Of a stretch of DNA of 64,000 bases, positions 10,301 through 19,349 are shown piece after piece; the stretch's first letter is position 1, and each line of letters begins with the position of its first letter. Where the stretch lies: NCBI GenBank assembly GCA_965246965.1, contig CBDFGD010000002.1, positions 1,899,968 to 1,963,967 of the forward strand, in the 5' to 3' direction. Both the position numbers and the translations under genes were made by a program. The stretch is from Vicinamibacteria bacterium (lineage in GTDB: Bacteria > Acidobacteriota > Vicinamibacteria > Fen-336 > CBDFGD01). The notes under the pieces were generated by a model that was given only the letters and a program-made list of their open reading frames with translations, was not told the DNA's origin and did no database searches.

Positions 10301-10744
10301 CGCCTCGTACTCGCGCTGCTGAAGAAGCAGCTGACCGAGATTCACCCGAGCGCCCACGTCACCCGGGTCCATCTCGATGACGCGACGAAACGCTGCGAGC
10401 GCCGCATCGCTGCGGTTCTGCACCTTGGCGATCAGGCCGATCATGTACTGAGGCTGTGGTGCATCGGGCAGAAGCCGCGCCGCGACCGTCGTCTCCTGGA
10501 GAGAGGCCTCGATGTCCGGAAGATGGTAGAGGGCCAGCGCGAGGTTGAAGCGGGCCATCCCGAGCTGGGGGTTGGCCGCGACGGCCTCGCGGAAGGAGTC
10601 GACCGCCTGCTTGTACTGGAACTGCTCGAGCCACGCGACCCCGCGGTTGTTCGCCCGGTAGGCCAGCTCGCCCGCGGGCGGGGTCTGCTGCGCGGCGGCG
10701 GCGGTGAGTGCGACGGCGGCCGCAAGAATCGTCCTGGTCGTCAT
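7397..10744 (-). CDS. Secreted TPR + FG-GAP/VCBS repeat + ASPIC/UnbV (CRTAC1-like) protein with uncharacterised ~480 aa C-terminal domain
   Basis: ORF 7397..10804; probable start MTTRTILAAAVALTAAAAQQ (signal peptide) at 10744; TPR-like N-terminus, multiple DxDGDGxxDL FG-GAP repeats, UnbV_ASPIC-like block (GIGAKLDVRAGS...VLWPAG), then long C-terminal region (SCPYLFTWNGEKFVF...). Confidence 0.8.
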   Translation of the reverse strand: MTTRTILAAAVALTAAAAQQTPPAGELAYRANNRGVAWLEQFQYKQAVDSFREAVAANPQLGMARFNLALALYHLPDIEASLQETTVAARLLPDAPQPQYMIGLIAKVQNRSDAALAAFRRVIEMDPGDVGARVNLGQLLLQQREYEAAIEALSSAVESEPYNATAVYNLGMALTRGGDRAAGREMIERFQVLRGSGYATLLGQSYLEQGRYAEAIASTGGEADLVDRAVPAVRFTDGTEAAGLKELGGTGRPTLFDVDDDGDLDLLVAGQSGRSVLVNSSGRFSDATRAFGVDASSGAAAALAADVDNDGRTDIFFLSGGRGGSALYKRSDGVAFVDATEASGLSAVTPKASVAALVDADHDGDLDLVVGAPFELWRNDGTGVFSNGSTAAGVGGGVGRGVAVVPTDYDNRRDADLLLVSDGAAPRLMRNLRDETFGDVATSVGLALQGAVSAVAAGDVNKDSFVDFFFATEQASWFASSDGQGSFELLPGPERARGASAAQVLDYDNDGLLDLVALGPDGLAVTRNLGGSWAPVPQATAGLSSFEADAASQMASGDLDGDGDVDLVVSGSGGDLSLLRNDGGNRNAAVLATLAGRVSNRDGIGAKLDVRAGSLHQKLELYAASPAPAPADLLFGLGVRRGADAVRVLWPAGILQTAIDEAGGLLPARLDIQELDRKPSSCPYLFTWNGEKFVFVSDFMGGGEMGYWAAPGIRNHPDPIEYVRLSERQLVERGGSYELRVTNELEEALFFDGVRLHVVAHPGDAEIYPLEGMVGVPHPFKLYTTRARRAPERAHDEAGKDVLAALRAIDGKYVTGFALEPIRGYAKQHALVLDLGDLADDAVLFLNGWTDYAFSSDNLAASQRGLGLQPPRLEVRDGDGQWKTAVAEVGVPVGRPQTVVVDLTGRWLGPEREVRIVTNMRIYWDQALIGSAGENVETRTEVLSPQAAELRFRGFSEELASKGVAPTRFDYDSVTWAAPWKAFPGRYTRLGDVAPLLHPGDDLFVFSRPGDEIALRFDARFLEPLPQGWKRTFLLYTDGFSKEMDINSATPDRLHPLPFHGMTRYPYGPEESFPLTAELAETMERYNTRIVGDEIPSIDWAILAAWRRARIDAGY

Positions 10745-10864
10745 GACATCGATCCTCGCACGAGGAAAGCCGCGACGATAGCGAGGCCGCCGGGGAAGCG
10801 TCAATCGCCACCCAGAACGTGGATGCGAAGCGAGCGGCTCGCGACGCTGTGCTAGCTTGACGAG

Positions 10865-13687
10865 ATGGTCATGGCTCTCAGCGGGCTCGCGTCCGGTGTG
10901 GTGCTCGCGCTCGCTGCGGCCAGCGCGACCTCCGCTGGCGGCGTCGGACAGGCAGCCCGCGGTCCTGATCCTGGGCGCCTGGAGATCGTCGAGGATCTCT
11001 CCGAGTCGCTGGCCAACGACCTGCTCGATCTGTCCGTTTCGACGCGCGATCTCGACCGGGCCCGGATCCGCCAGTTCTTCGGGGGCCAGCTGAGCGCGAA
11101 GCCGTTCCCCTCCGAACCCGGCGCGCTGCGTCCCGAGATCAAGTGGATCAGCAAGCGTGACTGGACCGCGCCGAACGGCTCAGCGGAGACCACGCCCTCT
11201 GGATACCTGGCTGGCTTCTTCCTCTTCCTCGAGCACTTCGCCGAGATCGACGACGCGCGCTTCAAGGTCGTGTTGTCGACGTTCGAGGACTCCGCCAGCG
11301 TGGTGCCGGATGCATCGGAGCCGACCGCGGCGCCCGGCTCACGCGGCGAGGCGACGCTGAAGTTCTTCGTACAGGGCCGAAACGGCGACGGCCAGCGCGA
11401 GTGGGCGCGAGGCGTGGCGGCCGCGCGCTTCGAGCGGGGCGCCGAGCTGTGGCAGTTCACCGCTCTCGAGATCGAATCGCTCCACTCCATGGTGGCGACG
11501 ACGGATCTGTTCTCCGAGGTCGCGCTTCCGGCGGGCGTCGAGGTCTCGCGCCCGGCCTTCGGCCAGCCCGGCAACTCCGGCTTCGTCTGGCACGGCGCCG
11601 CCGCGGGCGACGTCGACGGCGATGGCTGGATCGACCTGTTCGTCACCGGAGCGACGCGCAATTTTCTGTATCTCAACTCGGGCGACGGAACGTTCCGGGA
11701 TGCGTCCGAAGCCGCGGGCGTGGACCTGCTCGTCAGCGGCGTCGCGCCGCTCCTGATCGATCACGACAACGACGGCGACGAAGATGTCTTCATCACCGCC
11801 GTGGGCGATCAGATCCTGCTCGAGAATCGCCTCGTGCCCGATGGCGAGCTGCTCTTCTGGGACGTGTCCCAGGAAACCCGGGTCGCCCAGCCAGCGGTCG
11901 GGTTCAGCGCGACGGCCGCCGACATCAACGCCGACGGCAGGCCGGACATCTACGTCGCGTCGTACAACCACTACGGGCGCATCACACCCGACTCCTGGTT
12001 CCGTGCCACCAACGGGCGCCCCAACCTGCTGTTCGTGTCGCAGCCCGACGGCGGCTATCTCGAGCAGGCCGCGGCCTGGCAGGTGGCCGACTCGCGCTGG
12101 AGCTACGCGGCCGCCTTCGCCGACGTCGACGAGGACGGCCGACCCGATCTCTACGTCGCCAACGACTTCGGTGAGAACGCCCTCTACGTCCACGCCGGAG
12201 ACGCCTTCGTCGACGAGGGAGCCCAGCGCGGCGTGCTCGATCCCGGCAACGGAATGGGGATCTCCTTCGGCGACTACGACAACGACGGGCGGCTCGACCT
12301 GCACGTGACGAACATGTCGTCGACGGCGGGCAACCGGATCCTCAGCCGCCTGTTCCCGGACGCCCAGCCCGACGAGAACGTCCTCGTCAAGCTGGCCTCC
12401 GGAAACAACCTCTACAAGAACGAAGGCGGCGGCGAGTATCGCGACGTCACTGCCGAGGCCGGCGGCTTCTCGTCCGGCTGGGCCTGGGGCGGCGGCTTCG
12501 TCGACTTCGACAACGACGGCTGGGAGGACATCTACACGCCGAACGGCTTCATCTCCGGCAAGTCGATGAAGGACACCTGAAGCCAGTTCTGGCGCCAGGT
12601 CGTGGCGTCCGTGAACGACGAGAAGGAGACGGGCACGCTTCGCGAGGATCAGTCCCAGCTGATGTTCGAGGAGGGCTTCTCGTTCAGCGGTTACGAGAGA
12701 AACCCGCTCCAGCTCAACCTGGGGACCGGCCGCTTCCTAGAGATCTCCGGTGTCTCCGGCATCGACTCGATCGGAGATGGCCGCGGCAGCGTCTTCGCCG
12801 ACTTCGACAACGACGGCGATCTGGACGTCTTCGTCACGGCGCTTCAGGGGCAGGCGCACCTGCTGTTCCGCAACAACGTGGGTCAGGACGGAGGCCACGT
12901 CAGGGTGCTGCTCCAGGGCGACGAGGCGCTGGGACGGGACGTCTTCGGTGCCGTCGTACGACTCGTTACCGCGCGCGGCACGCAGACCAAGATCAAGTCG
13001 GGCGGGTCGGGCTACCTGTCCCAGCACGATCCGCGGCTCCTGTTCGGGATCGGGCGCGGAAAGTCGATCGACGCCATCGAGGTCACCTGGCCCGACGGCG
13101 GGCAGGAGCGCTTCGACGGTCCGGTCAAGAGCGGAGATACGGTTCGCCTGACGCGCGGCTCGGGACGCACGGAGCGGGTCGCGCTGCAGGTCGCGAGGTT
13201 GCCCGACCCGATCGCGCGCAGCGAGCGATTCGCCCTGGCCCTGCATCTCGAGGTCGGGAAGAAACTGCCCGCCATCGAGCTTGCGCGAGACGACGGCACC
13301 ACGATCGAGCTGGTCGATCTGATCCAGCCCGGACGGCGGCTGCTCGTCAACGTCTGGGCGACGTGGTGCCTTCCCTGCGCCCAGGAGATGCCGGAGCTGA
13401 ACGCGTTGCGGCCGGGATTGGCCGCCAACGGCATCGATCTCGTCGGCCTGAACGTCGACACGGACGAAGGAATCGACGTGGTCGGGTTCGCCGGCCGGCT
13501 CGGCGCGACCTACCCGGTCTACGCGGGCGGCATTCCCGCCGTGGAGAAGCTCTACGCCACCGACGAGCTGACGGTGCCGATGTCGTTCATCCTCGACGAC
13601 ACGGGGACCGTGACCGAGCTGATCCCCGGTTGGTCCGAGAAAACGCGGCGGCGCTTCGCGCAGCTGGTCGCGGCGCGCGCGAGGTAG
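10865..13687 (+). CDS. FG-GAP/ASPIC-UnbV (CRTAC1-like) protein fused to C-terminal TlpA-like thioredoxin domain; single in-frame TGA at 12578-12580
   Basis: ORFs 10865..12580 and 12602..13687 are in the same frame separated only by TGA (…SGKSMKDT*SQFWRQVVAS…); FG-GAP repeats (DVDGDGWIDLFV, DHDNDGDEDVFI...), UnbV_ASPIC block (VRLVTARGTQTKIKSGGSGYLSQHDPRLLFGIG...VTWPDG), then redoxin motif WATWCLPC. Confidence 0.75.
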
Positions 13688-13700
13688 CGAAGCGAGGGCC

Positions 13701-14575
13701 ATGGAATCGACCGGTTCGATGCTTCGCGACCTGCTCGACGGCGGCTCGCTCGAGCGTTCCGAGAAGGCGCTCATCAAGAAGGTCGCCGAGAGCCCGGATG
13801 ACATCAGACTACTGCACCGCCTCGCCGACGTGCTGCGTCAGCGCGGCAAGCTGCGCGAGGCGGGCACCGTCTACGCCCGGATCCGGAAGCTCGAGCCCGC
13901 GGACCCGTCAGCCGGCGCTCTCGGGGCGTTGCTGCGCGGCCGACGCGTGCCCGACGCGCCGCCTCTCCCGACCAAGTTTTTGATCGAGAGTGATTTCCTC
14001 GAGGATGAGCGGATCGAGGAGATCCGGAGATTGGTCCTCGACCAGCGAGACGAATTCGCTCCGACGGAGGTCCTCGATGCCTCGGGCGAACAGGAGATGG
14101 ATACCGACACACGGTGCTCGGAGAGCCTCACCAACCTGAAGGGTGTGGTGGATTGGTTTCCGGATCGGGTGGCGACGCTCGTGCCCGAGCTGCGCAAGCG
14201 CCTCCGTGTTCCCCGCTTCCGGGCCGGCCTGCACTCGATCAAGATCTCCGCATACCACCACGGCCACTTCTTCGGCCTCCACCACGACGACAACGCCGGC
14301 GCGGCGGATTCATCTACTACTTCGAGTTCCCTCCCAAGCGCTTCAGCGGCGGCGAGCTGATTCTGTTCGACCGGGATCCCGATTCCCTGCTCCCGACGGC
14401 GTCGTTCACGAACCTTGCGCCGGACCACAACACCCTCGTCATCATTCCGGCGAACACCTGGCACGAAGTGCTGCCGATCCACTGCCCTTCGGAAGACTGG
14501 TTTGCGGGTCGCTTCACGCTGAGTGGATGGATCCACGACGACGACATGTTCGCCGCTCATCAGCGGACCTCGTGA
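13701..14575 (+). CDS. 2OG-Fe(II) oxygenase, prolyl 4-hydroxylase-like, with apparent frameshift near 14300-14310
   Basis: ORF 13701.. (…SAYHHGHFFGLHHDDNAGA) continues in frame of ORF 14114..14575 (GGFIYYFEFPPKRFSGGELILFD…NTWHEVLPI…RFTLSGWI): HxD…H Fe site and Arg of P4H-type oxygenases. Confidence 0.65.
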
Positions 14576-14728
14576 GGGTTCGTTCCCCGGACCAGGGCCA
14601 TTCCTTCGATGCGTCCATGCTGGATCAATCCAGCGGCTTGCGGAATTCGCTCCAAGATCGCGCCGCATGATCTGCTCAGACTCCAGAACGGGCGTGTAGA
14701 ATCTCGCGGTTCTTCCGCCGAGGATTTC

Positions 14729-16036
14729 ATGAACATCAAAGCACTTTTTCAGGCTCACGTGACCGCGCGCCGTGGCGCGCTCGACTCCGATCTGGAGGCC
14801 ACCGGACGCGACACCGTCGTCATCTCGAGCGGCGCGCCCATGACCTACTTCGCCGACGACAACGACGCTCCTTTCTTTCCGACGCCGCACTTCACGCACT
14901 GGTGTCCGATGCATGGGCCTCACCACCTCCTGCTTCTCCGCGCCGGGCACGAGCCGCGTCTGATCCGCTACATCCCCGAGGACTACTGGTACGAGCAGGC
15001 CCCGCTCGGCGATCCGTTCTGGGTGGAGGGTTTCGACGTCGTCGAGGTCGGGACTGTCGACGCGGCGTGGGCCGCCCTGGGCTCGGTTCCGAACGCCGCG
15101 TACATAGGCAATGAGACCGCCCGCGCCGAAGCGGCGGGCCTCGAGTGCAACCCCGAGCGCCTGACGTCCCGGCTGAATTGGGGCCGCAGCTACAAGACCG
15201 ACTACGAGCTGCACTGCCTCGAGCAGGCGACCCGCATCGCGGCCCGGGGGCACATCGCCGCGAAGCGCGCGTTCGAAGCGGGCGGGTCGGAAATGGAGAT
15301 CCACCACGCGTTCGTCACGGCTGCGGGCGTCACCGACGACCAGCTCCCGTACCCCTCGATCATCGCGATGAACGAGAAGGGCGCGACGCTGCACTACCAC
15401 GGCAAGCGTGGCGTCCGCGACGGGAAGGTGCTGCTGATCGACGTCGGCGCGCGGCACAACGGCTACGCTTCCGACATCACGCGCACCTACGGGCGCCATG
15501 GCGACGCGGCTGCTTTCTCCAAGGTCGTCGACGGACTCAATGACATCCAGCTCGGACTCTGCAAAGCCGTGAAGCCCGGCGTGCCGTTCGGCGACCTTCA
15601 CCACCAGGCCCATCTGGAGATCGCGGGGCTGCTGAACGAGATCGGCGTGATCCGTGCCGATCCCGAGGAGTCCGTGCGCGAGGGGTGGAGTCGCGCGTTC
15701 TTCCCGCACGGCCTGGGACACCATCTCGGCATTCAGGTGCACGACGTGGCGGGCCATCAAAAGAACGCCGACGGCGCACCGGCGCCTCCTCCTGAGCAGC
15801 ACCCCTATCTGCGCAACACCCGCACGCTCGAAGAACGGCACTGCTTCACGATCGAGCCGGGCATCTATTTCATCGAGATGCTGCTGCGACCGCTGCGCGA
15901 GGGGGAGCATTCGGAACGCTTCGACTGGAAGCTGATCGACGAGCTCAGCCCGTCGGGCGGTGTGAGGATCGAAGACAACGTCGTGGTGACGGACACGGGC
16001 CACCGCAACCTGACCACGGAGCATCTCCCTCACTAG
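14729..16036 (+). CDS. pepQ: Xaa-Pro dipeptidase (prolidase, M24B)
   Basis: Strong colinear similarity to E. coli PepQ from MNIKALFQAH through HGLGHHLGIQVHDV…TIEPGIYFIE…GGVRIEDNVVVT; start taken at internal Met of ORF 14609..16036. Confidence 0.85.
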   Translation: MNIKALFQAHVTARRGALDSDLEATGRDTVVISSGAPMTYFADDNDAPFFPTPHFTHWCPMHGPHHLLLLRAGHEPRLIRYIPEDYWYEQAPLGDPFWVEGFDVVEVGTVDAAWAALGSVPNAAYIGNETARAEAAGLECNPERLTSRLNWGRSYKTDYELHCLEQATRIAARGHIAAKRAFEAGGSEMEIHHAFVTAAGVTDDQLPYPSIIAMNEKGATLHYHGKRGVRDGKVLLIDVGARHNGYASDITRTYGRHGDAAAFSKVVDGLNDIQLGLCKAVKPGVPFGDLHHQAHLEIAGLLNEIGVIRADPEESVREGWSRAFFPHGLGHHLGIQVHDVAGHQKNADGAPAPPPEQHPYLRNTRTLEERHCFTIEPGIYFIEMLLRPLREGEHSERFDWKLIDELSPSGGVRIEDNVVVTDTGHRNLTTEHLPH

Positions 16037-16039
16037 CTC

Positions 16040-16582
16040 GTTCACGAATCGTGGTCCGCCTTCCCGCGAGCTAGCCTCACGATCAACGGCGGCCACGGAG
16101 GCACGGAGACACGGAGAACGGACTGCTCCGATCGTTCGCTATTCTTCGAATCAGAGAATCCGCCCCTCCGTCATCCTGAGGAAGCTCAGCGAATGAACGC
16201 GACGAAGGATCCGCCAGCTCCTCTACGTTTGAAACAGCTGACGATCGAGTGAAGAGGAGCAGACGGATTCTTCGCTCCAAGCGGAGACGAGCGGTTTCTC
16301 AGAATGACGAGGGGACGACTTTCGATCCGGCCAACGGCGATTGACGGATCGTCTCCTCGTCATCCTGAGCGAGTGCGGCTAGAGACGCGAGTCGAAGGAG
16401 CCAGCGAGGTGAGATGGCTTCTCTGGCCATCCTCCGCGCCCATCACCTCACCACGCGCCGGGCTCCCTCGATTCGAATTCTCCGCTGAACTCACTCGGGA
16501 TGACGAAAGTTGTTTGCCTTCGTGGCCGCCGTCGAGATCAGCAAGCGGGGACGAGCGGTTACTCAGAATGACGGATCGGCGG
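16040..16582. repeat. Repeat-dense intergenic region (multiple copies/orientations of CGTCATCCTGAG-type motif, tandem GGCACGGAGA mini-repeats, hairpins)
   Basis: Motif instances at ~16170, 16298 (rc), 16355, 16565 (rc); gaggcacggagacacggagaacgg at ~16095 matches 23790 region. Confidence 0.5.
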
Positions 16583-17059
16583 TCAGGCGTCGGCCTGGAT
16601 CACCGTGAGCTGAAGGGCCCCCGGCCGCTTCGGCACCGCGACCTCATCTTCGTGGCAGAGGATGTCCTGCAGTGTGAGCTGACCGAGCACCTCATCGACG
16701 GCGCCCTGGACCATTCTCCAGACGGATCGCACCGTGCAATCGGTGAGATTGGTGCAGCTCTCCTCGCTTCCGGAGTGGCGATCACAGAAGCTGGGATCGT
16801 AGAGGCGGCCGCCGAGCGCGGCCATCGCCTCGCCGATGTTGACGTCGCCAGGGGCCTGGGCGAGGCGGTAGCCGCCCTGCTGGCCGCGCGTGCTGTCGAC
16901 GAAGCCGTGGGTGCGCAGGACGCGCATCACCTTGGCGACGTTCGCCGAGGAGATGCCCTCGACGCGTGAAAGATCGGCGATCGTCACGCTGCTCTCCGCC
17001 TGGCGCCCCATCTGCACGAGACAGCGCAGGCCGAGCTCTTCGAGCGAGCTGAGCTTCAT
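16583..17059 (-). CDS. Rrf2 family transcriptional regulator (IscR/SufR-like, 3-Cys cluster ligands)
   Basis: 158 aa; Rrf2 wHTH (ADLSRVEGISSANVAKVMRVLRTHGFVDSTRGQQGGYRL) and CDRHSGSEESCTNLTDC Cys motif; last gene of suf operon. Confidence 0.85.
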   Translation of the reverse strand: MKLSSLEELGLRCLVQMGRQAESSVTIADLSRVEGISSANVAKVMRVLRTHGFVDSTRGQQGGYRLAQAPGDVNIGEAMAALGGRLYDPSFCDRHSGSEESCTNLTDCTVRSVWRMVQGAVDEVLGQLTLQDILCHEDEVAVPKRPGALQLTVIQADA

Positions 17060-17066
17060 GCACCCC

Positions 17067-17606
17067 TCACATCAGCCCCAGCTGCAGCCGGGCTGCTTCG
17101 CTCATCATCGACTGGCTCCAAACGGGCTCGAAGGCGATCACCACGCTCGTCTCCCGCACGTCCGGTAGCTCGCGGACCTTCGCCTCGATGTCGTTCTTCA
17201 AGACGTCCCCCATCCCGCAGCCGGGCGCCGTGAGCGTGAAGCTGACCGAGACGCGTTGCCCCCCCTCGCCGCGCTGCTCGACCTCACACGAGTACACCAA
17301 CCCGAGATCGACGATGTTGACCGGGATCTCGGGATCGTAGCAGGTCTTGAGCTGGTCCCAGACCAGATCCTTCAGGCTCTTCCCGGCCTGCTCCTCTTCC
17401 GTGGGACCCTTGTGGCCCTCCTCGCCGATAGCGTCTGCGTCGACACCCTCGATCCGGACCATGTAGCCCATGTCGGTCACGACCGTGTACGTACCGCCGA
17501 GCGACTGCGTCAGGAAGACGGTCGTCCCTGTCTTGAGCGGCACCTTCTCCCCGTACGGGATGGCGGTTGCGACCACCTCCCGAGAGAGCGTTCTGGCTTC
17601 CCTCAT
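17067..17606 (-). CDS. sufT: SufT-like Fe-S assembly protein (DUF59/MIP18 domain)
   Basis: 179 aa; C-terminal DUF59 motif LKTCYDPEIPVNIVDLGLVY; position after sufU. Confidence 0.7.
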   Translation of the reverse strand: MREARTLSREVVATAIPYGEKVPLKTGTTVFLTQSLGGTYTVVTDMGYMVRIEGVDADAIGEEGHKGPTEEEQAGKSLKDLVWDQLKTCYDPEIPVNIVDLGLVYSCEVEQRGEGGQRVSVSFTLTAPGCGMGDVLKNDIEAKVRELPDVRETSVVIAFEPVWSQSMMSEAARLQLGLM

Positions 17607-17640
17607 CGACTCCCCTCCACTTCCGCTTCACTCCGCGGCA

Positions 17641-18099
17641 TCATTCCGTAGAAACCGCTTGCGCTTTCCCCTCGAGCGCCGACTTGAGCGTGTGCCAGGG
17701 CAGCGACGCGCACTTCACCCGAACCGGGAACTCCGACACACCGGCGAACACGGCGAGCTTGCCGAGTGTCTCCGCCGGAGGCTCACTCGCGGCGTCCGGC
17801 GAGCGAGTGATCAGCTCGTGAAAGCTCTCGAACATCGTGTCGGCCTCGGCTCGCGTCTTGCCCCGCAGCACCTCCGTCATCATCGAGGCGGAGGCGGTCG
17901 AGATCGAGCAGCCCCGGCCTTCGAAGCTGACGTCGGAGATCTTGTCCCCGTCGAGCTTCAAGAAGATCGTGGCGCGGTCGCCGCACAGCGGATTGAAGCC
18001 TTCCGCCGATTTGTCCGCCTCCTCGATCGGGCGTTTGTTGCGCGGGTTCCGGGTGTGGTCGAGGATGACTTCCTGGTACAGCTCGCGGAGCTCCGACAT
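17641..18099 (-). CDS. sufU: SUF system NifU-family sulfur acceptor/scaffold SufU
   Basis: 152 aa; NPLCGD…GRGCSIS…CASL Cys motifs of SufU/IscU family. Confidence 0.85.
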   Translation of the reverse strand: MSELRELYQEVILDHTRNPRNKRPIEEADKSAEGFNPLCGDRATIFLKLDGDKISDVSFEGRGCSISTASASMMTEVLRGKTRAEADTMFESFHELITRSPDAASEPPAETLGKLAVFAGVSEFPVRVKCASLPWHTLKSALEGKAQAVSTE

Positions 18100-19349
18100 C
18101 AGGCGAACGTCTCCTTCACCTTCTGGAGACCGGCGACGAGACGATCGATGTCTTCGCGCGTGCTGTAGAGGCCCAGCGACGCCCGCGCGGTCGCAGCGAC
18201 ACCGAAGCGCTCCATCACTGGCTGAGCGCAGTGGTGCCCGGTGCGGATCGCGACACCCTCGTAGTCGAGGATCGTGCCGACGTCGTGCGGGTGAATCTCG
18301 CCCAGCAGAAAGGAGATGACCCCCGCCTTGTTCTCCGCGGTGCCGATCAGCTCTACTCCCTCGACCGCCGAGATGGCGTCCGTCGCGTAGCCCAGCAGGT
18401 CGCGCTCGTAGCTGTCGATCGCCTCGAGGCCCACGCCCATGAGGTATTCGGCCGCTGCGCCCAGGGCTATGTTGCCCGCGATGTTCGGTGTTCCCGCCTC
18501 GAATTTGTTCGGCAGATCGTTGTAGATCGTCTTGCCGAAGGTGACCGAGAGAATCATGTCGCCGCCGCCCTGGTACGGCGGCATCTTCTCGAGCAGCTCG
18601 CGCTTGCCGTAGAGGGCGCCCGCTCCCGACGGGCCGTAGGCCTTGTGGCCGGAGTAGGCGTAGAAGTCGGCATCAAGCGCCCGGACGTCGACAGGCACGC
18701 GCGGCACGGCCTGGGCGCCGTCGACGAGCACGGGCACTCCCCACCCGTGTGCCAGCTTCGTGATGCGCTCGATGGGATTGATCGTGCCGAGGGCGTTCGA
18801 GATGTGACCGACGGCGACGATCCTCGTGTGAGAGCCGAGCAGCCGCTCGAACTCCTCCATGACGATCTGTCCCTTGTCGTCGATCGGTGCGACGCGGAGT
18901 GTGGCGCGCTTCTCCTCGCAGAGCAGCTGCCACGGGACGATGTTCGAGTGGTGCTCCATGCCGGAGATGAGCACCTCGTCACCGGCCGCCACGTGGCGTC
19001 GGCCGTAGCTCGACGCCACGAGATTGATCGACTCTGTCGTGCCGCGCGTGAAGATGATCTCCTTGGTCGATGTAGCGCCCAGCAGCTTTCGGACCGACTC
19101 GCGGGCCTGCTCGTACGCCTCGGTCGAGCGGATCGACAGCTCGTACACGCCGCGGTGGATGTTCGCGTAGTACTCCTCGTAGACCCGGCGCTCCGTGTCG
19201 ATGACGACCTGCGGCTTCTGGCTCGACGCCGCGCTGTCGAGGAACGCGAGCGGCTTGTCGTGCATGGTGCGCCGGAGGATTGGGAAGTCGCGCCGCAGCC
19301 GCTCGACGTCGAACGGCAGCGTCGCGACGGGACTCGTGGCGCTCGTCAC
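18099..19349 (-). CDS. sufS: Cysteine desulfurase SufS
   Basis: Class V aminotransferase; PLP Lys motif SGHKAYGP, RTGHHCAQP active-site Cys loop; GTG start at 19347-19349 overlaps sufD TGA (GTGA coupling); supplied ORF 18099..19745 has spurious N-extension. Confidence 0.9.
   Translation of the reverse strand: MTSATSPVATLPFDVERLRRDFPILRRTMHDKPLAFLDSAASSQKPQVVIDTERRVYEEYYANIHRGVYELSIRSTEAYEQARESVRKLLGATSTKEIIFTRGTTESINLVASSYGRRHVAAGDEVLISGMEHHSNIVPWQLLCEEKRATLRVAPIDDKGQIVMEEFERLLGSHTRIVAVGHISNALGTINPIERITKLAHGWGVPVLVDGAQAVPRVPVDVRALDADFYAYSGHKAYGPSGAGALYGKRELLEKMPPYQGGGDMILSVTFGKTIYNDLPNKFEAGTPNIAGNIALGAAAEYLMGVGLEAIDSYERDLLGYATDAISAVEGVELIGTAENKAGVISFLLGEIHPHDVGTILDYEGVAIRTGHHCAQPVMERFGVAATARASLGLYSTREDIDRLVAGLQKVKETFA

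Noticed and set aside
9659-12304. ORFs 9659..10855 (+), 11339..12304 (-), 11401..12174 (+), 12737..13804 (-)
   Set aside because: Overlap the two FG-GAP/ASPIC genes in wrong frame or strand; repeats of GC-rich codons.
12578-12580. Considered selenocysteine for the TGA inside the CRTAC1-like/TlpA gene
   Set aside because: Position is not a redox Cys in this family (Trp more likely), no hairpin follows (only a loopless palindrome), and the assembly is error-prone.
13871-16096. 741-aa minus-strand ORF spanning the P4H-like and pepQ genes
   Set aside because: Antisense to two strongly conserved plus-strand genes. Low-complexity Arg-rich translation; GC artefact.
16304-16969. 221-aa plus-strand ORF in the repeat region / antisense to rrf2
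   Set aside because: Begins inside repeat-dense intergenic DNA and overlaps the conserved Rrf2 regulator on the other strand. No recognisable motifs.
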